A DNA stretch of 64,000 nucleotides from Leucoraja ocellata (Eukaryota): positions 9,052,001-9,116,000 of the forward strand of contig JAWMAR010000064.1 in the NCBI GenBank assembly GCA_036785375.1, read 5' to 3'. Made by a program: the position numbers and the translations under genes. The notes beneath the pieces are model-generated. The model saw nothing but the letters and a program-made list of their open reading frames with translations, did no database searches and was not told the DNA's origin. Below are positions 50,261 to 62,999 of this stretch, piece after piece; the stretch's first letter is position 1; the number at the start of each line of letters is the position of its first letter.

Positions 50261-53200
50261 AGCCTCGTGAGAGGAAATTACTTGAGCTAATATTCCCCAA
50301 GAGTCACACTTCACATGTGAGGTGATGGCTCGGGTAATAAGCGAGTTTGGTATCTCGACAAACGCAAGGAATCATGGGATTTGTCAAAGGTCATTCGGGA
50401 TTAAAAAAAGCGAACGCAGCGCTGTATAAACTGTGTATAAATTGTTAACTATTCTACCAAGGAATTAATCTAGAATCCTGTCAACTTAATGGCTTCCTTT
50501 CTTGTTCTGCTGTTCACACACTACTTACACAGTCCCAGTTCTAGTTCCGTTCACTAATCTGCAATTATGAGATATTCAAACAGTTAAAGATTTCATTATT
50601 TTCATTTAATCTTTAATGTGTGCTACTGTAATAAGAAAATATCACTTGTGTTTGAAACATTTTCTTATCTTTATTCATAATTTATGTTTAAAAAGATATT
50701 TAATCTGAGGCAGGCAGCGACTATATCAGTGTGATGTGGGCTGATGCTTTACTTACAGGCGGTGTGAATGTACCGTTAAGGCAAAGATTCATCTCCGAGG
50801 AAAACTGAGTACAGGGTTGGCCCTGTGAAGGAGCCGCCAATCTGATATAAGACATTTAACCGCGAAATGCCTGCCCTTTAGTATTGGATAGATTGAGTGG
50901 AGGGCCTGTGCTGTTCCAAGTGTGCGGTGGTTGCGGTGCATTTCCCCAGCCATCTCGCCCAGTGCACGTTGACCAGCGCAGTTCGCCAGCCCTTGTTAGC
51001 ACAGGTTCTTTGTGCAGGCGTTACCCAAAGCCCAAAGGTTCTGTGGGGGTTCTTCGTTAGGATCGGGCAGGCAATGAGCTGGCGAGAAGGCTGTCAGATC
51101 CGATCAGCCCAGGTTGCCGAGTGGACGAAGGACAGATTTTAATGGGTCGTTATTAACTGTTCCATCTGTGTGGCATCGCCAGCTCTCTCTCTCCCAGATC
51201 CCCCACCCCGACTGTCGATAAAGTCTGTCTGAGAAAATGCTCCCACTCATATTACGGATTGGCTCTGCGTTTGCCCACTCACTTGGGCGGGCGGCGCCAC
51301 CTTCAAAGAGAGTGAGAACTGGTCCGGTCAGCTGGGGAGCTGCGACCCACTCCCGAATGAAGCCTCGTTTGGCTGCGGTTAAAATGGCTGCAAATTCTCA
51401 TCATTATAACCGCCCGGTCACCTGGACCCGGCTCCCAATTGTGTGTCCTGACAGACTGGAACCAACCCCAGAGGTTAAAGCGGCAACATCTTTATTTAAG
51501 CCAACCCACCTCGAAAGTTTAACCACCCTGTTCGAATCCAATCTGAGCTTTCCAACCTACCCCCACACAGCACATTCTCCTAGTTTCCTTCAATCCAGGG
51601 AGGTTGTTTAGATAGGAATGTAAGGACTGTCTCAAATTGGTTGACCACACAGCTTGTAATTCGTGTAAATCAATATCGAATTTGAATGGCTGTGACTCAG
51701 GTTAATGCCAGAGATTTGATAATTGACAAGTTTGTTCCAGGCATCCGTGTGTTTTCAAGACTGGTGCTGTATTGAGTCAATAATTTAAATAGATACAATT
51801 GTGGATTTGTGCAGCCTCTAACACGCTGTGGCCATCGCTGACATATTTGACGGATACATTTATTTATAAATCTCATTGAAATGAATACACAGGTCCGTAC
51901 ACATACAGTAGCACAACTGGAGAGTGTTTATCCCGAATGACCCATGACCTGGGCATGCGCAGTTGTAATACCCAACACGTTTATTGCCACTAATAGTCAA
52001 ACATCACTGGAGTGGAGATAGCTTGAGCCATTTTCTACCTTACAGTCAGATGGCATATTAGAAACAGTTGCCCTCAGCTTCAGACATCACAATAGAGGAC
52101 ACTGGGGTAATTGTACCCCAGCAATCAGAGGAATTAGAGGAAATTGAGGTAATTTTTTTCCTCTGATCGACTTGGGCTGACAAGTAACATAGGAAGGTTC
52201 CTGCATATAAATGATGTTGGGTTAAAAATAAAAGCAAATATTGAAGGGGAGGAGCAAATGGATTGCTTTAGTAACAAGATATTTTATTCTGGTGAAGAAA
52301 TAAATTAAACATAATTTTAATAGCAAGATTTGAAAGTTGGGAACAAATTACCCTTTTAACAAATTTCACATTTTAAATCTTCCATTAGAAAGCTGACTTC
52401 CTTTGAGGTTAGAGTCATACTGTGCAAATTCATATTTGGAATGATATGCTGTCAAGTGAAATGCTGCAGTTTTTATTTCCGACTGTATTAAATCCGCTAT
52501 TCTGATATTCTCCATCAGTAGAGAGGAAACACAATTCCATTGTGACAATCTGGATTTATTCATCATTTCAAAAAGTTCCAATGTGACAAAAATACTTCAG
52601 GGCATCATCAGATTAGCCAATGAAAAGAAAAATGAAGCAATACAATGTGCATCGAAAAATAATTCATCCTCACAAACCTTAAGCAACTGGAGGGATCATA
52701 GTTTTAAAAAGAAAAGATGATTCATATTTACCAAAAATACATTCATTACTGCATTAATACTGATCTGTGAAAAACTATAAACAGTTGCAGTTATTTATGA
52801 AGAATACTGTGCCTGCACATTTTTCATGGGGAGAATGTTTGGGATAACGTAAAATTCAAAGGTTAACACAAAGGCTTAGTTTAGTTTAGAAATATAGCAT
52901 GGAACCAGGCCCTTCGACCCACTAAGTCCATGCTATCCATTGTTCACCTATTCACGTAATGTTATCCCACTTTTACATCCACTCCCTAAATAGTTTTGTT
53001 TATTACTAGACTAAGTGGGACCCGTTGGGTCCCATGTTCACACAGGAGGGCTGGTCCCCCAACGCAATATTCCACCTCTCCACCAATTCCAATATCAGTG
53101 GCCAGTGGGGGGGGGGGGGGGGGGAGCGCTAGTATGGGTATTGTGGGCTGAAGGGACTGGTATCCAGAGGGCTAGTATGGACATTGTGGGCCAAATGGAT

Positions 53201-53289
53201 TCTTGGGGTGGCAGCTCTGGCACTCAAGCCTGATGTGCTGGCAGCTCACTCACGGTTGGTGGGCTAGCAATTGACACGGCTATTCCTTG

Positions 53290-53840
53290 AAATTCCATTT
53301 CATGCAGGGTGCAAGGCAACCAAATTCAAATGCAGTTTCCTACCATTTCAAGCAAGGTGCAAGGCCACCAAATTCAGGTGCAGTTTCCTACAACTTCAAT
53401 CAGGGTGCACGGCCACCGCATTCAAGTGCTGTTTCTGACCACTTCAAGCAGGGTGCAAGGCCACCGAATTCAAGTGCAGTTTCATACCACTTCAAGCAGG
53501 GTGTTGGGCCACCAAACTCAAGTGCAGTTTTATACCACATCAAGCAGGGTGCAAGGCCACCAAATTCAAGTGTGGTTTCATGCCATTTCAAGCAGGGTGC
53601 AAGGCCACCAAATTCAAGTGCAGTTTCATACCATTTCAAGCAGGGTGCAAGGCCACCAAATTCAAGTGCAGTTTCATACCATTTCAAGCAGGGTGCAAGA
53701 CAACCAAATTCAAGTGCAGTTTCATGCAATTTCATGCAGGGTGCAAGGCCACCAAATTCAAATGCATTTTCTTACCTTGATGCAGGGTGCCAGACCACCA
53801 CAATCAAATGCATTTTCATGCCATTTAAAGCAGGGTGAAA
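53290..53840. repeat. 48-bp tandem array (~11 copies) inside the Helitron
   Basis: Unit CAAGCAGGGTGCAAGGCCACCAAATTCAAGTGCAGTTTCATACCATTT. Confidence 0.95.
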
Positions 53841-54644
53841 CCACCATAAAACCACTATAAAATGGCACAAAACACCAAATAAACACCACATAAACACCAA
53901 ACTCTCAGTTCAGTAGACATTCAGTGTGTTCAGTTGATTCACAGCTCAGGCAGAGTCATGACCTCTCCCTCCCCATCTTGCAGAGACTGACCCACACCCA
54001 CACTTCTGGGTTTTATAATCCCTCCCCCTCCTACCAGAAGGGAGGTGGCCTTCATGGTATGATTGACAGGAGAGAGTTTCTCAACATTTTTTTAAAACAC
54101 TTTTTGTTTAAAAAAGGAGAGTGTAATCCTTTTCCTGACAATTACACTTTTATTTTTCATTGATGGGAAGAATCCTCTGCACCTGATGAGCGGCGGGGGA
54201 CTGAGTAAGATGGCCAAAATCACAGCCGTAAGTGGTAGCGTTTTATCTAAAATCAATATACAGCGCAAACAGGAAGTTGTCAAATATCCACCAACAACCA
54301 TTTTTACAGTGCAGCATTTCAAAGCAGTTACCACCACCAACAACAACCATTTTTGCAGTGCAGCATTTAAAAGCAGTTACCACCACCACCACCAACAACA
54401 ACCATTTTTGCAGTGCAGCATTTCAAAGCAACCAAATTTTCATTTTCAAACCACATTAAGGGCACTCACAGTTGAGTAGACATATGTTCAGTGTTATTTA
54501 CAGCTCAGAGAGACGTGACCCTCTCGCTTCCACCATCTTGCAGAGACTGAGTGAGGCACAACACTACCGGGTTTTATCGTCCCTCCTCCTCCCACCAGCA
54601 GGGACAGCAGTGTCAACATTATTTAAACTTTAATAACTCTTTTA

Positions 54645-56365
54645 TTTTATATCGAAGTCACGTGAAATTGCTCTGGCAGCTATGTTAATTTTGTACTTCA
54701 GCGGGCCGCTGTGGGCTCCGAACGGGAGCGGGTACAGCGGGCCCGGAGTAGCTGTCAGGCGCAGCCTGTGCGGCTGCTGCCATTGAAGCTCCGAACAAGA
54801 GCAGGCAGCCAGATTTGGAGGCCGCCGTGGAGCTCCATATGGAGCTAGTCTATGATATGTGGCTGCCGGCGCAGCCAGGTCAGCGACCGCTGCAAAAGAT
54901 TAGCAGCAACCGGTGAGTTAAAAATAGCTGCGGCCAGGGCAACTGCCAGGTAGCTCAGCTGCCGTAGCACTGAATAATTTTAAACATAGATGCTGCCGGC
55001 TGAGTTCGGCTCAGCTTACGCTGGAGCCGCTTATAATGTATGCCTTATTTTTATGGCGGCTATAAATAGAGTTGGCAGGTTTTTAATAGCGGTTGCCGCT
55101 CGGTCACGTTTTGACTATAGTAGCAGATAGCACACAAAGGTCATGTTTAATACTTTGGCAATATAACAATGTATCTTATCATGCCAATAAAGTTTTAAAT
55201 TGAAAATGAATACAAAGGACATTTATTATCACTTACACCAAATGGTGTAGTGTAATTTGACTTGCCATTGCAGTCCAGAGCTCCTGGCTTAGGAAGCCTT
55301 TTTTGAGCTGTGTCTATCAGACACTTGTGGAGCTACACCTGGTTCAGGGTTGCGTCATGATAATTTCCGCTCAGTAGAGGGGACTGTTGGAATTTCTTTC
55401 ATAGGAGACTCCAAATATGTGGATATCATAGAGCAGTCAAATCTGTGATCTAATGGGGATATACTTATTTTAATAATATGAAAAAAATGATACTCCATGT
55501 ACTGAGGCATTAACAGGCGGCTCCAGCCATATCCCTATGCTAACACCTGGCAGGGTTGCAGTATTTCTCCCACTGTCGTGGGGAGTATCAGAAAGAGGTG
55601 ACTCCGATTATGATGCCGGCTCATCCAGGACCTATGGGGGCCAGAGGCCTGAGGTAGCAACACCTTGTGCAAAGTTGTGCTCTATTTCCTTCCCTGCTAT
55701 ACTCTGTTGAGGCTCCAGAAGGGAGCAAGGACTCGGAGTCACTAACAGGTGCAACCTGTCTGGTAAGTGCAATAAATAATGATGATTTATACCAACAGCA
55801 GAGGACCACAGCAGTGTGGAAAGCCGATGGCCACTTCAGAGTCTCTGGCTGCGATGATCTGCACAGTTATTGTCTAACTCAAAGTCAATTGGGACTATGA
55901 TCCGGTTAAGAACAATGGCCATGTATGAAAGTAAGCATCATGGTATTAATAACCCATGTTTTTCTACCATTAATGGTTTATCTGTTTAAGTGTTTCACAG
56001 TGGGTTACTGCATAAAACCACAAAGCTTTGAAGGCTTCACATAGTCACTCACGTGACTCGATATAAAATAGAAAGATTAAACGAGAACTTACCGTTTGAA
56101 GTTTGATCTTTATTTTATGACAAGTTGAAGTGAGGGATACGTGCCCTCCACTTCCAACCCTACGTCTCATAAAGATAATTCGGTAATTATAAAGCTGTTA
56201 ATCTTTCTATAGCTTAAGTTCAGCAACTAGTCTGTGGTTTCATACAGCTGCTCTGAAGATTGACGCACATGCGGCTGGTGGGCTCTTCACATATTCCCTC
56301 ACTTCAACTTCTCATAAAATAAAGATCAAACTTCAAACGGTAAATTCGCATTTAATCTTTCTATT
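54645..56365 (+). mobile_element. Internally deleted non-autonomous DIRS nested in the Helitron
   Basis: Left end TTTTATATCGAAGTCACGTG; ICR ~56035-56140 complementary to both ends; right end matches 35900-36034. Confidence 0.85.
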
Positions 56366-56518
56366 TTTCATCAAAGGGAAAAATCCTCTTGTCCTGTGCA
56401 GTGCAGGGGGACTCTGAGTAAGATGGGCAAAAATCACAGCCGTAAGTTGCAGCGTTTTTTCAAAAATCATGAAACAGAAAACAGGAAGTGGTCAAGATCT
56501 TACTTTTAGTAATATAGA

Positions 56519-57500
56519 TTATCGTTATTTGTACCAAGGTACGTTTAAAAGCTTTTGTTTGTGTGCTGTCCAGTGAAAGTAATCACTGCGATGATTCAAA
56601 TCCAGCCATCCATACAGATAAAGGATAAAGTCTATAATATTTAGTGCAAGATAAAGTACAATAAAGTCCAATTAGAGAAATTTCAAAGATCTCCAATGAG
56701 GTACATGGGAGTTCATGACTGCACGCAAGCTGATGAGAGGACCATTTTATTGCCAAATTACAGCTGGGAAGAAACTGTCCCTGAATTTGGAGATATGCAC
56801 TTTCAATCTCCTGTATCTCTTGCCTGATGGGAAAGAGGGTGTGACTGGTGTGAGACTAGTCCTTGATTATGCTGATGGCCTTGCCGAGGCAATGTGAAGT
56901 GGTGATGGAGTCAATAGAAGGGAGGTTGGGTTGTGTGATGGTCTGGGCCATGTCTACAACTCTCTGTAATTTCTAACAGTCTTGGAAGCAGCTGCTCCAA
57001 AACCAAGCTGCGATGCAGCCCGATATGATTCTTTCTACAGCGTATCTGTGGACGTTGATGGACGATTGTGAGGGACATGCCGAACTTCCTAAGCCTTCTA
57101 AGGAAGTAGAGGCATTGGTGTGCTTTCATCACCATGGCTTCAATGTGGCTGGTCCAGGCCAAATAGATGGTGATATTTATTCCTAAAAACTTGCGTCTTT
57201 GGACCATCTCTACCTCAGCGCCATCAATGGAGTGTATGTACTGCTTCCTGAAGTCCTGAAGTTAATCACAATCTCCTTTGTCTTGTTGACATTGAAGGAG
57301 ACATTGTTATATTGGCACCAGGTTACGAGTCAGTTTACCAGGTTATGAGTCAGGATTTCAGTCTACTTTCTGTCGACCATCTCATCATTATTGGGTATCC
57401 AGCCCACTCCAATTGTGTCAGCAGCAAACTTGCAAATAGAGTTGGATTGATATTTGGCTACACAGTTATGATTGTATCAGGAATGTAGTAGGAGGCTGAG
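56519..57500 (-). mobile_element. Rex1/Babar LINE 3' fragment
   Basis: KFLGINIT..LAWTSHI...KAHQCLYFLRRLRKFGMS; upstream KFAADT; tail continues at 52990-53005. Confidence 0.8.
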
Positions 57501-57536
57501 AATATACTAGGGGTAATTTACAGAGGCCATTTAACC

Positions 57537-60500
57537 CAGTGCTTCTTAAACTGGTGAATGGTTCACCGAAAGGCAAATGAAATTATTTTGGGGTGAATGA
57601 AACTAGAGGGGAGAATGAAGAGTGATTTATTTCTATACCTAATAAAGGCATTGCCATTAAACTGTTTAGTAAGCTCTTACCGGTTTTAATTGCAGTGGAG
57701 CTGGAAATGTTATGGGGTTTTTTTCTCTCTGTCTATGGTCTTCTAATTTCAAAGTAGCAGGATATTTCCCAAATATACTGTAATATAACCTTTTAGGGAA
57801 GACCAGACGAGCTAGTGGGATCATACATTTTTAAATGGCAACACTGGAGGATCGCCGTAGGCAACTGTTGAACTGTGACTTTAGTTTGTGTAGCAATTTA
57901 ACTACCAAAGTTCATAATGTGGTGGTATTGTGAGCTTTCGTCGGGGAGAGTTATAGAAAGTTATATCAGTTTGATACTAATATATTCATTCACGTACTCC
58001 ATGTTTTTTTGAGCTAGTTTTCCAAGAAAAAAAAACTGCATTAATCAAAGCCCGAAAGGATAGGATGGGGCTGAAGCCCAGTGTTTAAATGTTGGATTTT
58101 TTTTTAATGATTGTAATAGAATGATTTTCCAACTCCAGTGGTAATTAAACTTCTTTTTTTTTTCACTCCTAGTTTTCTTTACCTATTTTTAGGATGTTCA
58201 GAAAGTTGAATAAAATAAACTTAAGAAATGAGTTAATAGTAAGATTAAACGAGAACTTACCAGTTTGAAGTTTGATCTGTATTTTATGAGGAGGAACGTT
58301 GAGGGAATACATGAAGAAGCCCGCACGACGCATGCGTGTCATCCTTCAAAGCAGCGGTGTGAGGTCACAGATACACTATAATGACCTAAAATAGTAAGAT
58401 TATTAAAGAGATACCAGTTTAAGATATGACCCTATGAGGGTGGGAGCGGAGGGCATGTATTCCCTCAACGTTCCTCCTCATAAAATACAGATCAAACTTC
58501 AAACTGGTAAGTTCTCGTTTAATCTTACTATTTTACTTCGGAGTCACGTGAGGGACTCCATGAAGATTTCAAAGCTCTGTGACCTCACGCCGTGGAAAAC
58601 GAGTCCATGCTTCACAACTGCCTTGGTAGTTAGAGAGAAATTGTTAATTATATTCAAAACATTCATACCAATTATTTAATGGAAATGATAAATAATATCG
58701 AATTAATTCAAATCATAACCCTGTATTCTTCAGGGATAAATTATCATACAGAACTTAAAATTGTTCCCCGAAAAACGTTCCCATACTGCTAACTGGTTTG
58801 TTATAACATTTCTGAAACGTTTTCTCCGACAACCATCCTGCAATCCTGAGGATTTGGTCCATGGATACATCAAGGCGTTTTGCTGCAGATGTAGCTGCAG
58901 CCCTGGTGGAGTGATAATCAAATATGTTATTGTCCACTCCCGCCTATCATAACCCATATTTCAGCCACCGCGAACTGGTCTGAGTTACAGTCTATGGTAC
59001 AGTATCTTATAGCTGATTAAACGCCAATTCCTTGCCTCTGATAGCCTTTTACTTTCACTGTATAACAAACCCGTACTTTACTATACAGAGGCGTTTGTCC
59101 TCCGGGTAGGCCATCAATTCTATGGCCTGCCCCGCTGATCCTGGCCTATTTTGTTTAATAATACGGTCCTGGATCACAAACCCCAAACTTCGTGCCGCAA
59201 TAGCGAAGCCATCCAGTCTTACTTTTAGCAATAACTGGAGCTTATGCACTGTGACTAGCGCTATCAGCATTACCATTTGTAGTTAGTTATCCAGATTAAT
59301 GCTGTAGCCGGCGACCAATTCCTTAGCAAGATCAAAGCCACACTTATATTCCATATAGTAGTAGTTTTTTTTTTTTGTTTGTTTTTTTTTTTTGTTTTTT
59401 TTTTGTGGCTAGGTGTTAACATTTCCTCTAAAATTTTTAACTGCCAGAGGATGTGATCCCACAGACTGTCTTACTGTTTCTTGCCATCAATAACTTGCCA
59501 ATACACTTACTGGATGCACCAGCAACTTAGGACTACGTCTTACCGTTATACATGGTTCCAGCACCATGTCCTGTACCCCCCAAAAACCATAGTTGGGTAA
59601 GCCAATCAGGTACCAAGACATCCCCTATGCCGATTCCTGTTGAATGTCCCTTAGTACCCCAAATTTATAAAGTAGAAAAAGGAGGTAATACATAAATAAA
59701 AACTCTCCCCTAGTGCAGTGAAACAGCATCTGTAGCTTCTGCCTCAGGATCTGGTACCAATGATACATACCTCGGTAACTGGTGATTTAACCCCGGATGC
59801 AATTCTAATATCCGGCCTTACATACTTTACTGATTTTAGCAAATACCGTCTATCCAACATCCATTCAGTACTTCCAATAATTTTTCGTGGCCTGGTGTCT
59901 GCCACTGAATTAGTATCCCTGGTAGATACGTAGCCCATAACCAAATATTCCTTTGGACACACCATTGCCAAGTTTAATTTACCAATTCATCACAAGCTGG
60001 TGATATCTTTCCACTCATATGACTTATATATGCCATCACCGAGGTATTATCTATCTACCATCTAGCATGCTGCAGTTTCATTCCTGAGCAATAAGATTTT
60101 AGCCCATGAAATGCACTTAACATTTCTAACCCTTAGTGTTATGTAGGTTAGCTTCTTATATATTCCATCTCCCCCATAGCTCGAGATGGTATCAGTTGTA
60201 CCGTAACCAATTGCACTGGCATCTGTTTGTAATAGCACAGCCGGGTTGACCTCTGTGGCTTTCCATATTAGTAAGTCATTAACATATTAAATGTGTTAAT
60301 GGTGTCCATTTTGACTTAAGTGGATGGACAATGAATCCCAGCTGTTCAAACAATTGATTAGTGGCAACCACTGCCTAACATGCCGATTCCTAAATTATTC
60401 CCACAATAAGGATATCATCCAACTATACCATTATTCTATGATTTTGGTGTTGCAGCAGTCCCAACACTGGTTTAAAATTTTCCCCTGTTGGATATTGAAT

Positions 60501-62999
60501 AGCAAGGATCTTAAATTTAATACTTGCCATAGACTAGCCTGCTGCACACTAAGTCTTTAGCACTGCTAAACATATCCATTTTTTAAAATGAATATATTGC
60601 ACAACATTGTGAAGTATTGATAATCCATAATAATACGGCATCCCCCATCTTTCTTATTTCTAATAAAGATGTTTGAGACAAATCCTGGTGTTCAGGTTTG
60701 GTTTATTCCATTACCAGCATGTATATCTGTCCGGTTTATGTACTGGAGGGTTTAGTTCGTGTAGAACTCTATCAGATATCCCTTAAACTGCTAAGGATAT
60801 ATCTGTCCATAGATATATTACACCAAGCTTCAACATAAAGTTGCAATGTCCCCCCAACTTCCGCGCTCCCTATTAATGCTGGAGCCCCAAATTCACCTAC
60901 CTCCATGGTTATTGGTGGTAACCAAGTTATTTTTCTTAGTTTCATATGCGGTTGTGGAGAGCCTAAAGGTTAATGTTACTTTGCATCTCCACAGTGGTCG
61001 TCCCGGCCAAACCCTAAACAGGACGCTGCTGCTGGGTACCTCTGCCCAATTCTTTGTAGTATAATTACAAAAAACACACTACCTCTCTTAGGATGCACAT
61101 GAGGTTAATGTCTTCCCCAGAAATCCTTTGGATGCTTTAATCAGCCCCAAAGTCAAGCCTCCACGCCAATTCTTTACCTGTTTAGACAGATCTCCCCCCC
61201 CCCCCCCCAAATAACGGGGTCTATAGCCCTTTGCTTACATAGTATAGCGAACTAGGGTCTAAAGCTGGCTGAATGGCCCTTCAAACTGCACATTTCAAAA
61301 AATAGTGCTAATGGCATCCTTATGGTCACTAATTTTGTACACCTTTTTTAACATGCGGGCCAAAGCTGTTATGCCCGCCATGAGACCTTTCAGAGTATTA
61401 CAGATTTTCCCAACTCGTCTGCAAATGCACCTGTAACAATGGCTACATTAAGAGCACCACAATATTCCCGGGGTATAGAACCCTTGCCAACACTTCAGCA
61501 AAATATTAGCTTGAAGTTAATGGGTGGACTCACAGTCCTACAATACTCACAGCCATCCTTCTCGAGATCATTCTCCGTGAGTTCTGCTGGCAGTACTGCT
61601 CATCATGTTCAGCAGGTTGTTTTCCCCCCCCTTCAATAGGGGACAGTGGCTCCATCACCTGCTCAGGTTTTACCCCGTCAGACCTTCCATACCCTCCTCA
61701 GAGGCGTCTGACATTTCATGCAGCCCATATGGGAAACTGCTGTGGGACTTATATGTATTTGCCCACTGTGGCTATCCTCCAATCCCGGAGCCTGCCACTG
61801 TGGAGAAATTTACTCCAGCAAACCGCTCCAGCCGACTTACATGCTCTTGGGCACTAGTCGTCGCGGGTGCTTAATATATGGGACCGCTCCTGCCGACCTT
61901 GGTGCTCTCGGGCACTAGTCACACGCGGTATTTCCCACAGCCCGTCCCCATGCCTACGGGCACTGGTCGTTCCCCATGGTCCTGGTACTCACGGGCACCT
62001 CTACCCATTTAGGGTGAAGTTTGGCACTCGCTCCCCTCTGGGAGATGCTGGTGCCGACATTTATTGCTGCCTGCTGCTTGTCATTAAACAACAGCAAACC
62101 CTGTGTTGGCAGCCCTTCATCTCTATACTGACATCAGTAGCTGGTTGCCTGCTGTTCTGCAACACACCAGTAACGACCTGTGGCTGTGCCCTGACGTCCT
62201 TGGCTGGCCGCCTGCTGCTCTTCAAAATACAACCGCCACGTCTGGAAAAAAGCACCAAAAAGGTAAGGGAAATTTGTTCTTACCTGTACTGGTTTTCAGC
62301 CTGCCGTTTGGGAGGAAACGTCCTTCCTCCCGCAGCCCCACGGACCCCGTAGCGCAGGTCCATGGGCTGCTGTCCCCGATGTCAGCTCTCTCTCTCTTCC
62401 GGGTGGTGCAGCCGCTTCAATCGGCTCCGGAGCCCCTAGCGACTGCATCTAAAAATAGACCCGACTTGGTCTGGAAACCCCCGGGACGTGTAGCTTTGCT
62501 TCCCGCCCGGCAGTAGTCAATCTTGCCGGTGCGGGGAGCGACGTCGGGCACAGCTGTTCTGTGCTAAAAATAGCCGCTTAGGAATCCTCTCCGGAGGATT
62601 CGCGCTAAACGGCTGCTGCTGGCTGGTGGCTGCGCTGTTTCTGCAGTCTCCCCTCCAGCTCCTGCAGCTTCTTGTATTTCCTACCTGCAAGGTAAGTGGA
62701 AACATTTTTGCTGTCTCTTACCTGCTTCTTTGCATTTCCCTCTAGGGAGACATCGTCTCCCACGTCTGACTCGTTGAATGCGTGTATGCGATATGGCACG
62801 CATGCGTCGTGCGGGCTTCTTCATGGAGTCCCTCACGTGACTCCGAAGTAAAATCTATGTTTTTTGCTCATGTGACAAAATAAATTCTATATAAAATGAT
62901 ACACAAGGGAGAATATGACGAAAATTACCAAAAAACATAAGAAATTGTAGTGATAAAGACTCAAGGGTGAATGACACTGAAATAGTTTAAGAAGCACTG
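57537..62999. mobile_element. hAT/Charlie-type MITE (~0.84 kb) hosting a DIRS
   Basis: Perfect 16-bp TIR CAGTGCTTCTTAAACT / AGTTTAAGAAGCACTG; 8-bp TSD ATTTAACC/AATTAACC. Confidence 0.9.
58235..62853 (-). mobile_element. DIRS retrotransposon with intact termini and ICR but decayed ORFs
   Basis: ICR 58455-58567 joins the two end sequences; YR HSTRAAATS...W.SEKTF (58755-58937); RT start FVSNIFIRNKKDGGCRII near 60630-60685. Confidence 0.93.

Larger units (their letters stand above)
53006..56518 (-). mobile_element. Non-autonomous Helitron
   Basis: Minus strand A|TCTATATT...CTAG|T, with subterminal hairpin TGGGACCC-GTT-GGGTCCCA at 53016-53034 and no TSD. Confidence 0.88.

Noticed and set aside
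51237-51611. 124-aa ORF in unique sequence
   Set aside because: No recognisable domain or convincing splice structure; length is compatible with chance.
53287-53860. 183-aa repetitive ORFs or a CRISPR-like array
   Set aside because: A 48-bp tandem repeat with no unique spacers, inside a Helitron, and no cas genes.
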